Shown here: in pieces, positions 47,624 to 58,400 of the stretch | Position numbering within the stretch: position 1 is the first letter of the stretch | Layout of the letters: every line of letters starts with the position of its first letter | NCBI GenBank assembly: GCA_051251855.1 | Contig: JBPOGI010000005.1 | Span: 32,001 to 96,000, forward strand | Source: Roseibacillus sp. | GTDB lineage: Bacteria; Verrucomicrobiota; Verrucomicrobiia; Verrucomicrobiales; Akkermansiaceae | Direction of reading: 5' to 3' | Length of the DNA: 64,000 nucleotides | Program-made: the position numbers and the translations under genes | The notes under the pieces: generated by a model | The model's database searches: none | What the model was told of the DNA's origin: nothing | What the model saw: the letters and a program-made list of their open reading frames with translations, nothing else

Positions 47624-48277
47624 ATGCTGAAGCAGGAACGGGCTGACTTTATTCTCAGGCGTCTCGAGGAGTTATATCCTGAGACGCCTGTTCCGTTGGA
47701 TCATAAGGACCCATTCACGTTGTTGGTGGCTGTATTGCTGTCGGCGCAGTGTACAGATGCGCGGGTGAATTTGGTGACTCCGGGATTGTTTGCGCTCGCA
47801 GATGAACCAGAGGGGATGTCGCGGCTAGAGGTGCCGGTGATTCAGGAAGCGATCAAGTCTTGTGGTCTCGCCCCGAAAAAGGCGAAGGCGATTAGTGGGT
47901 TGTCTCAGATTTTGATGGATCGTTTCGGGGGCGAGGTGCCGAGGACTTTGGAGGAGTTGGAGACCTTGCCGGGGGTGGGTCACAAGACGGCTTCGGTGGT
48001 GATCGCACAGGCGTTTGGGGTGCCGGCGTTCCCAGTGGATACTCATATCCATCGCTTGGCCCAGCGGTGGAAGCTGACTTCGGGACAAAACGTGGTCCAA
48101 ACCGAGCGTGATTTGAAAAAGGTTTTTCCGCGCGAGAGTTGGAACAAGCTTCACCTACAGATTATTTTTTACGGGCGCGACTATTGCTCCGCAAGGGGTT
48201 GCGATGGGACTGTTTGCGAGATTTGCCAAACGCTTTTTCCTAAGAGAAAAAATGGGGTGCAAACGCGCAAAAGCTGA
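47624..48277 (+). CDS. nth: Endonuclease III
   Basis: LLVAVLLSAQCTD.RVN, HhH LPGVGHKTA, PVDTHI.R, C-terminal four-Cys cluster. Confidence 0.95.
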   Translation: MLKQERADFILRRLEELYPETPVPLDHKDPFTLLVAVLLSAQCTDARVNLVTPGLFALADEPEGMSRLEVPVIQEAIKSCGLAPKKAKAISGLSQILMDRFGGEVPRTLEELETLPGVGHKTASVVIAQAFGVPAFPVDTHIHRLAQRWKLTSGQNVVQTERDLKKVFPRESWNKLHLQIIFYGRDYCSARGCDGTVCEICQTLFPKRKNGVQTRKS

Positions 48278-48312
48278 CTTGCCAGCGCTGAGGGAACGGC
48301 TAGAATTACAGC

Positions 48313-48492
48313 ATGAGTTTGAAGATGATTCTTGGTTCGGTTGCCGCGCTTGTTTTGACATTTGGTTTTGCGAGCTGTGCGGTGGAAGAAGAGCGCAAGG
48401 TTGTGCTCCCGCAATCTGATGAGAGCGAGCTCCCTTGGAATCGCATGCAAGAGGGCGAGGGTTTGGGGCAGTTTGGAGCATTCCAACGGTAG
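48313..48492 (+). CDS. Small lipoprotein, 59 aa (not in ORF track)
   Basis: MSLKMILGSVAALVLTFGFASC-AVEEERKVVLPQSDESELPWNRMQEGEGLGQFGAFQR*. FASC lipobox. Fills the nth-GNAT gap. Confidence 0.72.
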   Translation: MSLKMILGSVAALVLTFGFASCAVEEERKVVLPQSDESELPWNRMQEGEGLGQFGAFQR

Positions 48493-48514
48493 GGTGGATG
48501 AATAGCCTCAGAAT

Positions 48515-48925
48515 ATGAGCCTCGAGTTGACATCTGAAGCCACTAGGGAAGATAAGGCTGCGATAGTCGATGGTACTCGAGCGCACAATCGACTTCATCT
48601 GCCGAAGGACGTTGAGTCCCTTTGCGTATTTGATCGTCTCGATAGCGGTGAAATCGTTGCTGGCCTCACAGGGAAGACTTATTGGAATTTTCTAGACATC
48701 GGTTACCTCTGGGTTTCCGAATCTTATCGGGGGCTAGGTCGAGCAACTGCAATCATGAAATTGGCGGAAGCCGAAGCAGTGAAACGAGGGTGCAACAATG
48801 CTCTACTAGATACTTACAGCTTTCAAGCACTTGGCTTCTACCTGAAGCTTGGTTATCGGCAATTTGGCGAAATTGATGATTTTTCAGGGGAGCACATCCG
48901 TTACTATCTTCGCAAACAACTCTAA
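48515..48925 (+). CDS. GNAT family N-acetyltransferase
   Basis: LWVSE.YRG.G, AEAEA.KRGC, LDTYSFQA.GFY.KLGY. Confidence 0.92.
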   Translation: MSLELTSEATREDKAAIVDGTRAHNRLHLPKDVESLCVFDRLDSGEIVAGLTGKTYWNFLDIGYLWVSESYRGLGRATAIMKLAEAEAVKRGCNNALLDTYSFQALGFYLKLGYRQFGEIDDFSGEHIRYYLRKQL

Positions 48926-49028
48926 ACGAATGATGGCGAACAAGACGCCGCACCCTATCTTGAATCGAGCTAAAGAGTCGGACCTTGGGTGGGAAAGGTG
49001 AGCTGGCAGAGGTTGGTAAGGGGCTCAG

Positions 49029-49316
49029 ATACCATTCTCACAGTTAAATCGATGTAATGGTTTTATTTTTGGTCCTAAGAAAAGCGCTGCGCGAGCACTC
49101 AGAAAGTCGGGCCAAGTTTCCCAATACCCGCGTTGCTTGCTGCTCCCCCCCGGTCGCACCCTTCGGGTTGCCTTGGCAGGCAAGCTATCTCGCTCCGCTT
49201 GTTTCTTGGTCAGAGTGCACCCAAGGGGCATACCACTAGCACTCCTCCCTCGGCGCGCCTTGGTCTTGGAAAGCCTGACTCCGACCATTACACCAATTTA
49301 ACTGCTCAAATGGTAT
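49029..49316. mobile_element. Non-autonomous MITE/ERIC-like palindromic element (~288 bp)
   Basis: 32-bp imperfect terminal inverted repeats (49029-49060 vs 49285-49316; 26/32 match), plus an inner inverted pair and an internal TTCG hairpin. No credible ORF. Confidence 0.6.
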
Positions 49317-49369
49317 GACTCTCTAGAAACGGGTGTGCCGTGAAAGGTCTCCCAAAAAAGCCTGCTCGC

Positions 49370-52300
49370 TTAGAAGCCGTCGCCGTTGTCGTCTTCGACT
49401 TCGATACGCACGCGAGCGTAGCAGCTTTTGATTCCCGAACTGGTTCCGCCGATGATGACTGTCACTTCTTCCCAGAACTCGGTAATCTCGACGACTTCGT
49501 CGGGCTCAGCGGGAGTGAAATTGACGGCGTCGGGGCTGATTTCGGTGATGTAGATGACCTTAGGATAGGAGTCGGTGCGACGAAGATATTGATACTTGGT
49601 AACGGAGGCTCCGGTGATGGGATCGGTTTCGATTCTCAGGACAGGAAGTCCGTAGGGCTCGCCATTGGCTGGGAGAAGTTGCCCAGGAACATAGTCGGGG
49701 GTCGCGGTGACGGTGGGGTTCAAGTTGAAGGCGTATTCAAGGAACATTCCAATGCCATCGTTGTCACCATCTGACTCAATGGCGCGCTCTGCAGTAGGGA
49801 GTCCATAGCTGTCTCCGAAGTCGTCGAGCACCGAGTCGTCGTTCACAATGGTGAGTGCGACGGTGGAGTTTCCAAGAATTAGTCCGATGGGATTGAACAA
49901 GGTCATCGAGAAGTTCTCGTTAGGCTCAATGACTGCATCATCAACGAGTGTTAAAAAGATGGTTTGGCTTGTCTCTCCAGCCGAGAAGGTGACGGTGCCT
50001 CCCTCCCATGGGATAAAGTCCTCCAAGGGGTTGGCGGGAGCTAAGGTGGAACCTGCGACTCCAGGCACCAAATCAAAGCGGACGCTCTGACTGCCGACGG
50101 CGGGTTTGGAGAGGGTGAAGGTCACGGGATAACCGATGAGTCCCTCGTTAATAGGGTCGGCGGTGACGGTCACCACCGCAAAATCTGCTGGGTCGGGAGC
50201 GTCGTCGTTGAGAATGGTGAGCGTCGTATTTGGCTGAGGAACGTAGAGTCCTACTGGTTGGGTAATCGCGAGCGAGAAAGTCTCGTCTTGCTCGAAGAGA
50301 GCATCATCGATGATGGTGAGGACGAGGGTTTGGCTCGTTTCGCCAACCGCAAACTCGATGATTCCTCCGGGGTAGTCAATGTAGTCAACATCGGCAATGG
50401 CAGTTCCCGAAGGAAGGGAGAAATTGAAGCGTTCTCCACCCACAGCAGGGGAAGCCAAGGTGAAAGTGACGGGCATACCGATGATGCCCTCATTGATTGG
50501 TGGGGCCGTGGTGGTCAGCTCGATGAGACCGACTCCATCGGGAACAGCTTCGAAGACGCTGGCTGGGAGTCCGGCTGCATTCACGAGGTTGGCTGAGGTT
50601 GGGTTTTGAGCCCAAGCATAACGAATGGCGGTCGGAGCAGAGACTCCAGTTGCGGAGACCACCACTGTCTGGCCACTCAGCACGGCAGTCGCAGGGACCC
50701 AGATTCCGCCATCTCCCTTCAGCTCGAATCCGCCGGGTGCCAGGCTATCGCGGGTGGTGAGTCCGGCACTGTAGTCAAACTCGACGACGACGGATGCTCC
50801 TTGAATTGCGGAGCTTACATAAAGGGGACCCGATGGAACGAGCGTGGTCTGTCCGTATTCATTGGCAAGGGACCAGAGTGCGAGGCGGTCTGCGAAATCG
50901 GACTTGTTAGCAGGGTGGATATCGTTGGGATTTCCAATATCATTTCCTACTACCATTCCGCTGTTAGGAATCATCCCAAGAGCGCGACGTTGCGCATCCT
51001 GAACATCGACCCAGAGAGGTCTGTCCGTCGAGACGAAGTTAGGAAGCTGCATGAAGTAGAAAGGAAGCTCCTCACCCCAGCTGCTTCGCCAATCGGCGGC
51101 GAGCGCTTGTAAGAGGGCAGCATAGTCGCTGGTGCTAAACCAAAAGGTGTTGGCCTCTCCTTGGTTCCAAAGAATTCCTCGCATCCCGTAGCCTGCGATG
51201 GGGGCGACCATTCCGTTGTAGATTTGAGCGCCGAGATTGGCCTCGAATTGAGGGTCCGTTTCGTTGAACACTGGCTCGGGTCCGACGGGGTTTGCGACCC
51301 AAGCTGCATGAGCAATTTCGAAATCAGCAAGTGCTTGCTCATAGAGTCCATAGAAGTAGGCTTTGGTGCCCAAGGCATCGATTCCTTCGGGAAAGGTCTC
51401 TAGCTTTGCTTCTGAGATGAAGCCTTCGATAGGCTGGCCTCCCCAAGCGCACTCAAGAATGGCAACGGGCACTCCGAGTTCGGCGCGGAGCTTTTTACCG
51501 TAGTAGTAAGCGAGGGCGGAGAAGTCTGGCAGGTCTCCTGGAGTAGCAGACAACCAATCACCATCGACGAGGACCTGAGGATCACGTCGCGCTTGTTCGA
51601 TTGGAACGTAGATGCGCAATAGAGGATCATTGGCGGTGGCGATTTCGTTGTCGTTCTCGGGAGAAGGGAGGAAGTTAAGGGGAAAGTCCATATTCGACTG
51701 ACCGGCTCCCATCCAAACTTCACCGACAAGGACGTTGGTAATCGTTTGAGTCACTCCTTGGCTGGTGACCACTAAAGGTCGGCCAACGGATGAAGCGGTG
51801 AGATTATTGAAGGTCACTTCGAAGCGACTGTTTGCGTCTGCCGTTGTTTGCAGGCTTTGTCCTGCGAATTGAACGGTGACTGCGCTTCCGGGTAATGCGT
51901 AGCCCCAGACCGCAGCGGCTTTTTCGCGCTGAAGAACCATGCCGTCTGAAAAGAAAGAAGGCATCACGATTCCGCTGTCGTCACTGGTGATGGTGTGCGT
52001 CGAGGTGGGGTTGGTCAGGGTGAGACCTGCGGGTTGCGAAAGAACGAGCTGGAAGGTCTCGTTGAGCTCAGGAAGGGTGTCGTCTACCAAGCCAATGGTG
52101 ATCGTCTTCGTAGTTACGCCTGCTTTAAGTACGATGGGGGTCGTAGACAGAGGCTCGAAGTCGATAGCGCTTGCTGTGCTTGGAGTGAGAGTGGCGACAA
52201 AGCTTTCTCCTCCTACCGCAGGGGTGGTGAGAGTGAGATTGATATCAAGAGTCAGCAGGCTCTCGCTGGTCGGCACGGAGCTGACGCTCACCGCGGGCAG

Positions 52301-52375
52301 GGTAGTCGCAGTCGCTGAAAGGGCACAGCAGAAGAAGCCAACGGTGAAGGGGATGAGGGGAACAAGTTTCTTCAT
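49370..52375 (-). CDS. Secreted sialate O-acetylesterase-like (SGNH) enzyme with Calx-beta domains and C-terminal DGDG module
   Basis: FSDGMVLQR, VGEVW..AGQSNM, WNQGEAN, DIHP.NK; three Calx-beta-like repeats (DD...E.NETF.L.LS.P). Start at 52375 or 52393. Confidence 0.88.
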   Translation of the reverse strand: MKKLVPLIPFTVGFFCCALSATATTLPAVSVSSVPTSESLLTLDINLTLTTPAVGGESFVATLTPSTASAIDFEPLSTTPIVLKAGVTTKTITIGLVDDTLPELNETFQLVLSQPAGLTLTNPTSTHTITSDDSGIVMPSFFSDGMVLQREKAAAVWGYALPGSAVTVQFAGQSLQTTADANSRFEVTFNNLTASSVGRPLVVTSQGVTQTITNVLVGEVWMGAGQSNMDFPLNFLPSPENDNEIATANDPLLRIYVPIEQARRDPQVLVDGDWLSATPGDLPDFSALAYYYGKKLRAELGVPVAILECAWGGQPIEGFISEAKLETFPEGIDALGTKAYFYGLYEQALADFEIAHAAWVANPVGPEPVFNETDPQFEANLGAQIYNGMVAPIAGYGMRGILWNQGEANTFWFSTSDYAALLQALAADWRSSWGEELPFYFMQLPNFVSTDRPLWVDVQDAQRRALGMIPNSGMVVGNDIGNPNDIHPANKSDFADRLALWSLANEYGQTTLVPSGPLYVSSAIQGASVVVEFDYSAGLTTRDSLAPGGFELKGDGGIWVPATAVLSGQTVVVSATGVSAPTAIRYAWAQNPTSANLVNAAGLPASVFEAVPDGVGLIELTTTAPPINEGIIGMPVTFTLASPAVGGERFNFSLPSGTAIADVDYIDYPGGIIEFAVGETSQTLVLTIIDDALFEQDETFSLAITQPVGLYVPQPNTTLTILNDDAPDPADFAVVTVTADPINEGLIGYPVTFTLSKPAVGSQSVRFDLVPGVAGSTLAPANPLEDFIPWEGGTVTFSAGETSQTIFLTLVDDAVIEPNENFSMTLFNPIGLILGNSTVALTIVNDDSVLDDFGDSYGLPTAERAIESDGDNDGIGMFLEYAFNLNPTVTATPDYVPGQLLPANGEPYGLPVLRIETDPITGASVTKYQYLRRTDSYPKVIYITEISPDAVNFTPAEPDEVVEITEFWEEVTVIIGGTSSGIKSCYARVRIEVEDDNGDGF

Positions 52376-52908
52376 TCGCCGCGGAGCCTTCATTTTTTTT
52401 GAACTTTTCCCAAGAAACTTCCAAAAAAATCAACAAATCATGATTTACTGTAGTCGGAAACTATTGTGTAGCCCTTATTTTTCAATGATTCTTTCAGAAT
52501 TGATTTTTCATCTACCAATAAAATAAGAAAAGCCAAACCTCTAAGGTTTCCTAGCTAAAGCTCAAAAATTTATAAAGAATGCTTAATAGAATGAAATGAG
52601 AAGGGGGATGCTGGAGGGTTTCACCGCCAACAAGGAGGTTGGTTGTTGTAGTGAAAGGCTTTCACTCAATCGATCAGTGGGAAGCGTTCAGAGGAGGTTC
52701 GTCAATCGCGGAGCAATGAGAGCACAAGACTCTGTGTAAATTCTGTGGGAAATTGAAGATAAACGAATCTTATCGTGTAGCTTGGCTGATTTTCCGTGTT
52801 AAGAAATTAAGAAGCCTACTGCGCGTAGAAAGACCGATTCTTCAAAAGCTTGTAAAGAGGGCCTTGGGCAGTAATCACCTAAAAAATTCCAGAAACCAAA
52901 GAAAGACC

Positions 52909-55344
52909 ATGACTTCGAAATACTTGATTTTCACTGCGGCCTCGATAGCCGCTTCAATGACAGCGCTCCAAGCTGCTGATTACGTTAAGGGATACAACAA
53001 AGGATCGGGAAGCCAGTTGCTCTTGGCGAACGGCGGGGCAGGTGCGGTGACTTTTGTGGATGAGGCCACTACGGGAGGCGGTGATATGTCCGCTAATGCA
53101 GGAAATCCGACGTGGGGATGGGAAATTGATGGTACTTGGGCTTTAAACGATGCCGTTGAATTCACGGGCATCGCGATGCCTATTTGGGCGAACGAGCCGA
53201 CTACTGATGCGACGGGTAATACCCAGAACGCGACCCATCGAATCAAGTTCTATAGCTGTGGTGCCAATGATGCATTCGATGGCACGGCGAACGACACTCT
53301 GCTGGGAACGGTGGATGTTAACTTTACTTCGGCTGATGCTGGGGTGGACGAGTATTACGTCAACTTTGACGCGCCTGTGGTCTGGGCTGCAGCGGATTCG
53401 ACCAAATTTTATTTTCATATCCAAGCGCTGGAGCTTCCTTCGACGGCGCGAGCGATGCGGTTCAAGACTGGGCCAGCCAATTCTGGCGCTGCGGTGATCA
53501 AGAGACGTACCGACGGAACTACTCAAAACGTTGCCGGATCATCTACCACCTATTTAACTGTTGCAGGGTCAGTGAATCAAAAAGTGTGGCACGGTGATGC
53601 TGGAGCAGATGGCACGGCTGATTGGGACGCGATTTCTTCGAACTGGGACGGAGGGGGAACTCTCTTCACTGATGGAAGCACCGCCTTCTTTAACGAGGCC
53701 TTTGATGGTGATAGCAGCCTAGTCAATCTGGTTGGGAGCTTGAGTCCTGCTGCAATTGTGATGGAGAACACTTCCATAGGAGCGGTGCCTGAGTATGAGT
53801 TTACGGGAACGGGGAGTCTTACTGGTGTGACGAATTTAGGTCGATTCGGTGACGGCACGTTGACCATTAGCAATGTGGGACCAAACGACTATACGGGAGG
53901 CACCGCGATTGGGGAGGGAACGATTAAGCTCGGAGTGGCCGATGGCATTTCGCCTGCAGGGTCGCTTACCATCGGTGGTCAGTCAGGAATCTCGACCCTG
54001 ATGCTGAATGGATTCGACCAGTCTGTTACGGACTTAAATAGTGCGGGAGCAAATATCGCTGAGGTTGTTAATGGTTCATCTGACGCGGTAGTTTTGACGG
54101 TGAGCAATGGAGGGGTCTTTTCTGGAGAGTTAGGTAATTCGACCTTAGCAATAGACGATGATGCTAACAACTTTAGAGTAGTTAAAGAAGGAGCGGGGAC
54201 TTTAAACTTGGTTGGCGCAAATAATAGTTATAGCGGTAGTACTACCGTGACTGGGGGAGCTTTCATGATCAGCGGAGATGGAGCGCTAGGTGGTGCTCCC
54301 GTCGTCCCTACTGCCGACTCCATTGTTCTCGATGGAGGAACTCTTCGAGCACACATGGCTGTTGGAACTGGCGGCAGCTTTGCTGTTGACCCAAATCGTC
54401 TTATTACTTTGGGGTCAAATGGGGGGACCATTCAGACGACGACCCCGAGCGGGGCATGGACCGTGACCTACGACGGAGTGATTTCCGGTTCTGGTTCTTT
54501 GACAAAAGCATCGGCGCAGACTCTCGTCTTGGGAGGTGAAAATACTTACACTGGAGCGACCACGGTGACCTCTGGTTCTTTGAGGTTAACAGGTAGTCTC
54601 GTTTCCGATGTCACTGTTCAGGCCGGGACTTTTAGCTCAGGGACCGCAGGGGTCGGGAGTGGCAGTGTGGCAGGTCTTACTTTTGGGAGTGGAGGCAACT
54701 TGCAGTACTTCTTTGATAGCTCAACGCTTTCTGGAGCATTGACTACGGTGACAGGGGCGGTGGCGATCGACCCCGGAGCGAATCTCGCTCTCGTCGATGT
54801 GGCAGGTTCTCCTGTCGAATTGGCCTTGGGAGAAAAGGTCACTGTTCTCGATTACACTGGCGGAACACTTACCGGTAACTTCTTAGGCCTGCCCGAGGGT
54901 GGCAGAGTTTTGGTGGGGTCGAATACCTTTGCCATTTCCTACGACGACGATAGCAAGGTGACTCTGACTGCTGCTGACGCGGACGTTTATGCTGCTTGGG
55001 CCGTCATCAATATTACAGGCGGTGCTCCAGCAGGCTTCGAGGATGATGCTGATGGTGATGGAATCGAAAATGGAATCGAGTTCATTCTAGGTAGCAATCC
55101 TCTAGTTGCGGATTCTTCTAATTTGCCAACCTGCGTGATGGATGCGACCAACCTCACGATTGCCTACACTCGCACGGGAGAGTCTGTTTCTGCTACCACT
55201 CAGTTTGTGGAGTGGTCGGTGAATCTGGAGGACTGGAACCCCATCGAGGTGACAGATCCTTCGACTACCGTGAGTGTTGATATTCCTCTCAGCAATGCGG
55301 TCGACGGGAAACTGTTCGCGCGACTACGTGCGACGAACCCCTAG
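52909..55344 (+). CDS. Secreted autotransporter-associated beta-strand repeat protein without beta-barrel
   Basis: Signal MTSKYLIF...; repeats K.G.GTL.L.G.N.Y.G.T.V..G.L; C-terminal DADGDG..EF.LG.NP...LFARL. Confidence 0.85.
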   Translation: MTSKYLIFTAASIAASMTALQAADYVKGYNKGSGSQLLLANGGAGAVTFVDEATTGGGDMSANAGNPTWGWEIDGTWALNDAVEFTGIAMPIWANEPTTDATGNTQNATHRIKFYSCGANDAFDGTANDTLLGTVDVNFTSADAGVDEYYVNFDAPVVWAAADSTKFYFHIQALELPSTARAMRFKTGPANSGAAVIKRRTDGTTQNVAGSSTTYLTVAGSVNQKVWHGDAGADGTADWDAISSNWDGGGTLFTDGSTAFFNEAFDGDSSLVNLVGSLSPAAIVMENTSIGAVPEYEFTGTGSLTGVTNLGRFGDGTLTISNVGPNDYTGGTAIGEGTIKLGVADGISPAGSLTIGGQSGISTLMLNGFDQSVTDLNSAGANIAEVVNGSSDAVVLTVSNGGVFSGELGNSTLAIDDDANNFRVVKEGAGTLNLVGANNSYSGSTTVTGGAFMISGDGALGGAPVVPTADSIVLDGGTLRAHMAVGTGGSFAVDPNRLITLGSNGGTIQTTTPSGAWTVTYDGVISGSGSLTKASAQTLVLGGENTYTGATTVTSGSLRLTGSLVSDVTVQAGTFSSGTAGVGSGSVAGLTFGSGGNLQYFFDSSTLSGALTTVTGAVAIDPGANLALVDVAGSPVELALGEKVTVLDYTGGTLTGNFLGLPEGGRVLVGSNTFAISYDDDSKVTLTAADADVYAAWAVINITGGAPAGFEDDADGDGIENGIEFILGSNPLVADSSNLPTCVMDATNLTIAYTRTGESVSATTQFVEWSVNLEDWNPIEVTDPSTTVSVDIPLSNAVDGKLFARLRATNP

Positions 55345-55373
55345 GTTGCGCACCTAATTCTAGACCTTTTTCG

Positions 55374-55414
55374 AAACCCTCGGCTGGCATGTTCAAGCGA
55401 GGGTTTTTCTTTTT
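55374..55414 (+). terminator. Rho-independent terminator
   Basis: AAACCCTCG...CGAGGGTTT followed by TTCTTTTT, ~30 bp after the stop and between convergent genes. Confidence 0.7.
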
Positions 55415-55456
55415 GGGAGGACGGAAGCTCCGTGGCGGCGCGGCTGCTATTGGCTG

Positions 55457-58400
55457 CTATTCCCAAAATGCTCGGTAGAATTTTCGAGTCTGCAGCCCAT
55501 CGGAATCGGTGAATCGAATCGTGATTTGTGTTGTGCCCGTCAGTGGACTGCTATTGCGCTCGATCTCTTGGTAGCTGGTGGCTTGGAGTGGGGACCATGT
55601 TTGGAGGTCGCTGGACGTTTCTACCAACAGAACACAATCCTCGGATTCGAGCGGATAGGGGGAGGAAAAATCAACGGTGATGGTTTCTTCCGCCACCACG
55701 ATGCAGGAGGTGAGGTTGGGGAATGAACTGGCAGCGCGAGGGTCGGTCTGGAAACGGAACTCTTGTTCGTTACTGAAACCATCGCCATCAGGATCGGCCC
55801 CGTCTCCCGAGATGGCTGGGTTGGTGAGTTCGGTAGCGTTGAAGTGCGCCTCTAACCAAGTGGCTTTGTTTGCAAAGACAAGGACGGTTGCTTGGGCTTG
55901 GATGGAGCCATTGAGGGTCAGGGTGTAGGTGGTGTTAGAAGTAGGCGAGACAAGGAGATGACCAATCCCATTGACGGTGTGGGAAGCGACTTCGCCGACT
56001 CCATTGTCGATGGTGAGAGTGGCAACGGATTCGGTATTCCATTGCAGGATGGTGGAATCTCCCGAGATGATGGAGGGGTGGAGGGCGTTGAAGGAATGGA
56101 TGGTGGCCGGTCCTTCCACGCTAGCGATTTGGCCCAGTCTGACCTCTGAGACAGGATCGTCGCCGTAGGAGATTTCCACGCGATAGCTGGTGCTATTGTC
56201 ATAGACGGGAGGACGAACAAGGTTTCCAGGGAAGCGCATGGAATAGATGAGCTCGTCGGTGTTCTCATCGTAGACCGAGACCACAGGGGTCTTTTCAGAC
56301 AGGGTATCAATGACGGAGAGGAATCCCGTCGGCGTGCGGCCATCATTGTCGGCTTGGTTGATAGTGACGGGCCAGTCTGCGAATTGGGTGCCGGTTTGAG
56401 GAAACTCGGGGTCGGCATGAAGTGGCCAAGACTCGAAGGTGATTTGGCGAGTGGTTTTGTTGATGCGAACCATTCCGTAACCAGCACCACGGTCATGAAG
56501 GTTGGGAGGGTGAATGTTCGTTGATTGGTTATAATACTCGAGAGGGTTGGCGGCTCCTACGACGCGAAGGTGTCCGGGAAAGTCGGAGTTCAAGTTGGGC
56601 TCTCCGGTGGGGAGGGTGCCGTTGCCATCGAGGTAGAAGTCGCCTTTGTAGGGGCTGACGGCGAGCGTCGTGCCGCCGGCATTGTGCACGGGATCCCAGA
56701 CCCGAGGGAAGAAGTTGGCGATGGCAGGGGAGGCGAATGAGTATCCGGCATCGGCTGGACCATCAATACCATGGTGAACGAGGGTCGAGACGTGCTGGTC
56801 GCCGGCGAGTTGGAAGCTGCGTGAGAGACGGAAAAGCTCCCAAGCCTCGAGGCGGCGTTGAGGGGGCCAACCGTTGGAGTCGCGGTCGTTGAGGAAGAAG
56901 CCGTATCCCGAACTGCCGTGGGTATGGATGTTGCCCATGGGGGATTGGGAGACCACGCACTTGACGCATTGTCCTACCCAATCCGTTGACCAAGATTTGA
57001 GGAAGTCCTTTTGTCGTTGGCCTAGAAGAACGAGTTGTTCTGGGTCGCTGGGTGCATTGGTTGGTCCTGTTTTGAATTTTCGATCTTCCAAGACCCCGAA
57101 GCCGACTTGCCCGTAGCACATGCCGGTGAAGTAGATGGAGATGCCTTGTGCAATGGGAGGTGCTGGTTGAATCGGATTGTATGGGTCAGGGGCTGGCAGA
57201 TGGCTGGCCTGGGTGCGCTCCACGAGCCGAACCCAGGAGGCGGGTTCCTCGTATCCTCCAGTGGTTTGATCCGTTGTTGAGATACCGCCTTCGCCCCAAA
57301 GGTTGCCCTGATAGATATCGTGGTCATCTGGGATGGAGATGGTGGGCATGTCTTTGGCGAGGTCGCGGGCTTGAAGAAGCCAGAGATACCATTTGTAAAG
57401 GTAATCATACTGGCGATTGAAGGTGGTTCCGCTGTCCTCAGGAGTGGGCTGCCCCTCATAGATTTGGTCTCCTAAGGCGAGGAGGACATCGGGTTCGTGC
57501 TTGGCAATATGAGCGTAGGCGAGGTTGTGGGGGTGCCAAATTTTGGTGGGGGTCCAGTCGGTGCCATTGTTTTGGACGTTGCCGTCGGCGATGCGCTGGC
57601 AGGAGGTGTTGGCGACGACAATTTCGTTTTTCTCAAGAGGATCGCGCCTGACCGTGCCTTCCCAATAGTAGGTGGCTCCGTCGACAAGGATTCCGACACG
57701 ATAGGGGGTGTCGACGGTGTCGTCCCATGGGTTGACGGTGAAGGTCGCGGTGTAGGAGGAGAGGTTGTCGGTGTTGTCGATAGCGGCGGTGGCGATTTGG
57801 TTCCAAGTGGATCCGTCCCAGGTTTCCAGGGTGATGGGAGGGGTGGTGGTGAGGTCAACGGGGGGAAGATGAGCGGTCATTTTGAGCTCTCCCCAGTTCA
57901 AGCTGTGAAGGGCACCGATGATAGCAAGATGGCGATCGGGCTCTGGCTGAAGAGCTGCTCCGGTGCCGGAAAAATCATCGAACCAGTATCGTGCTTGGCT
58001 GGAGCCACGATGAGAGAGAAGACCAAAAGAACCGAGCACGCGATCCGAGGGGACGCTGGTGGAGGCGGTGGAGAGCAAAACGTTCGAGGTATTGTAGACT
58101 TCCAGAGTGAGGTCGTAGTTTTTGCTGGTGGCATTGTAGACGGCATTGAGCTCGAGCTTGGCGTCGCTGGGAAAGCCTCCTGCGGCATTCGAGCCTGAGG
58201 CGACCTGCACGATGGCTCCTTGAGAGAGATCCTCAATCACGGCGGCGCCATTGTTGTTGATTCCCAAGAAGGTTCCGAAGTCACGCCCTAAGCCGCTGTG
58301 AACGAGTAACGAGGCGCGCCAATCGAGGTTGGGGCCCGCTCCAATGAGAAAGCCGGTTCTAGCGGTGCTGCTATTGCTGCCCGCGTGTAAGCCAGTGCGA

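Noticed and set aside
49029..49316. RNase P RNA, tmRNA or SRP RNA candidate
   Set aside because: Lacks the conserved signatures (e.g. GAGGAAAGTCC of rnpB, tRNA-like ends of ssrA). Terminal inverted repeats fit a repeat element better.
52909..55344. Classical type V autotransporter
   Set aside because: Passenger-type repeats are present, but there is no C-terminal beta-barrel. The protein ends in the shared DGDG module instead.
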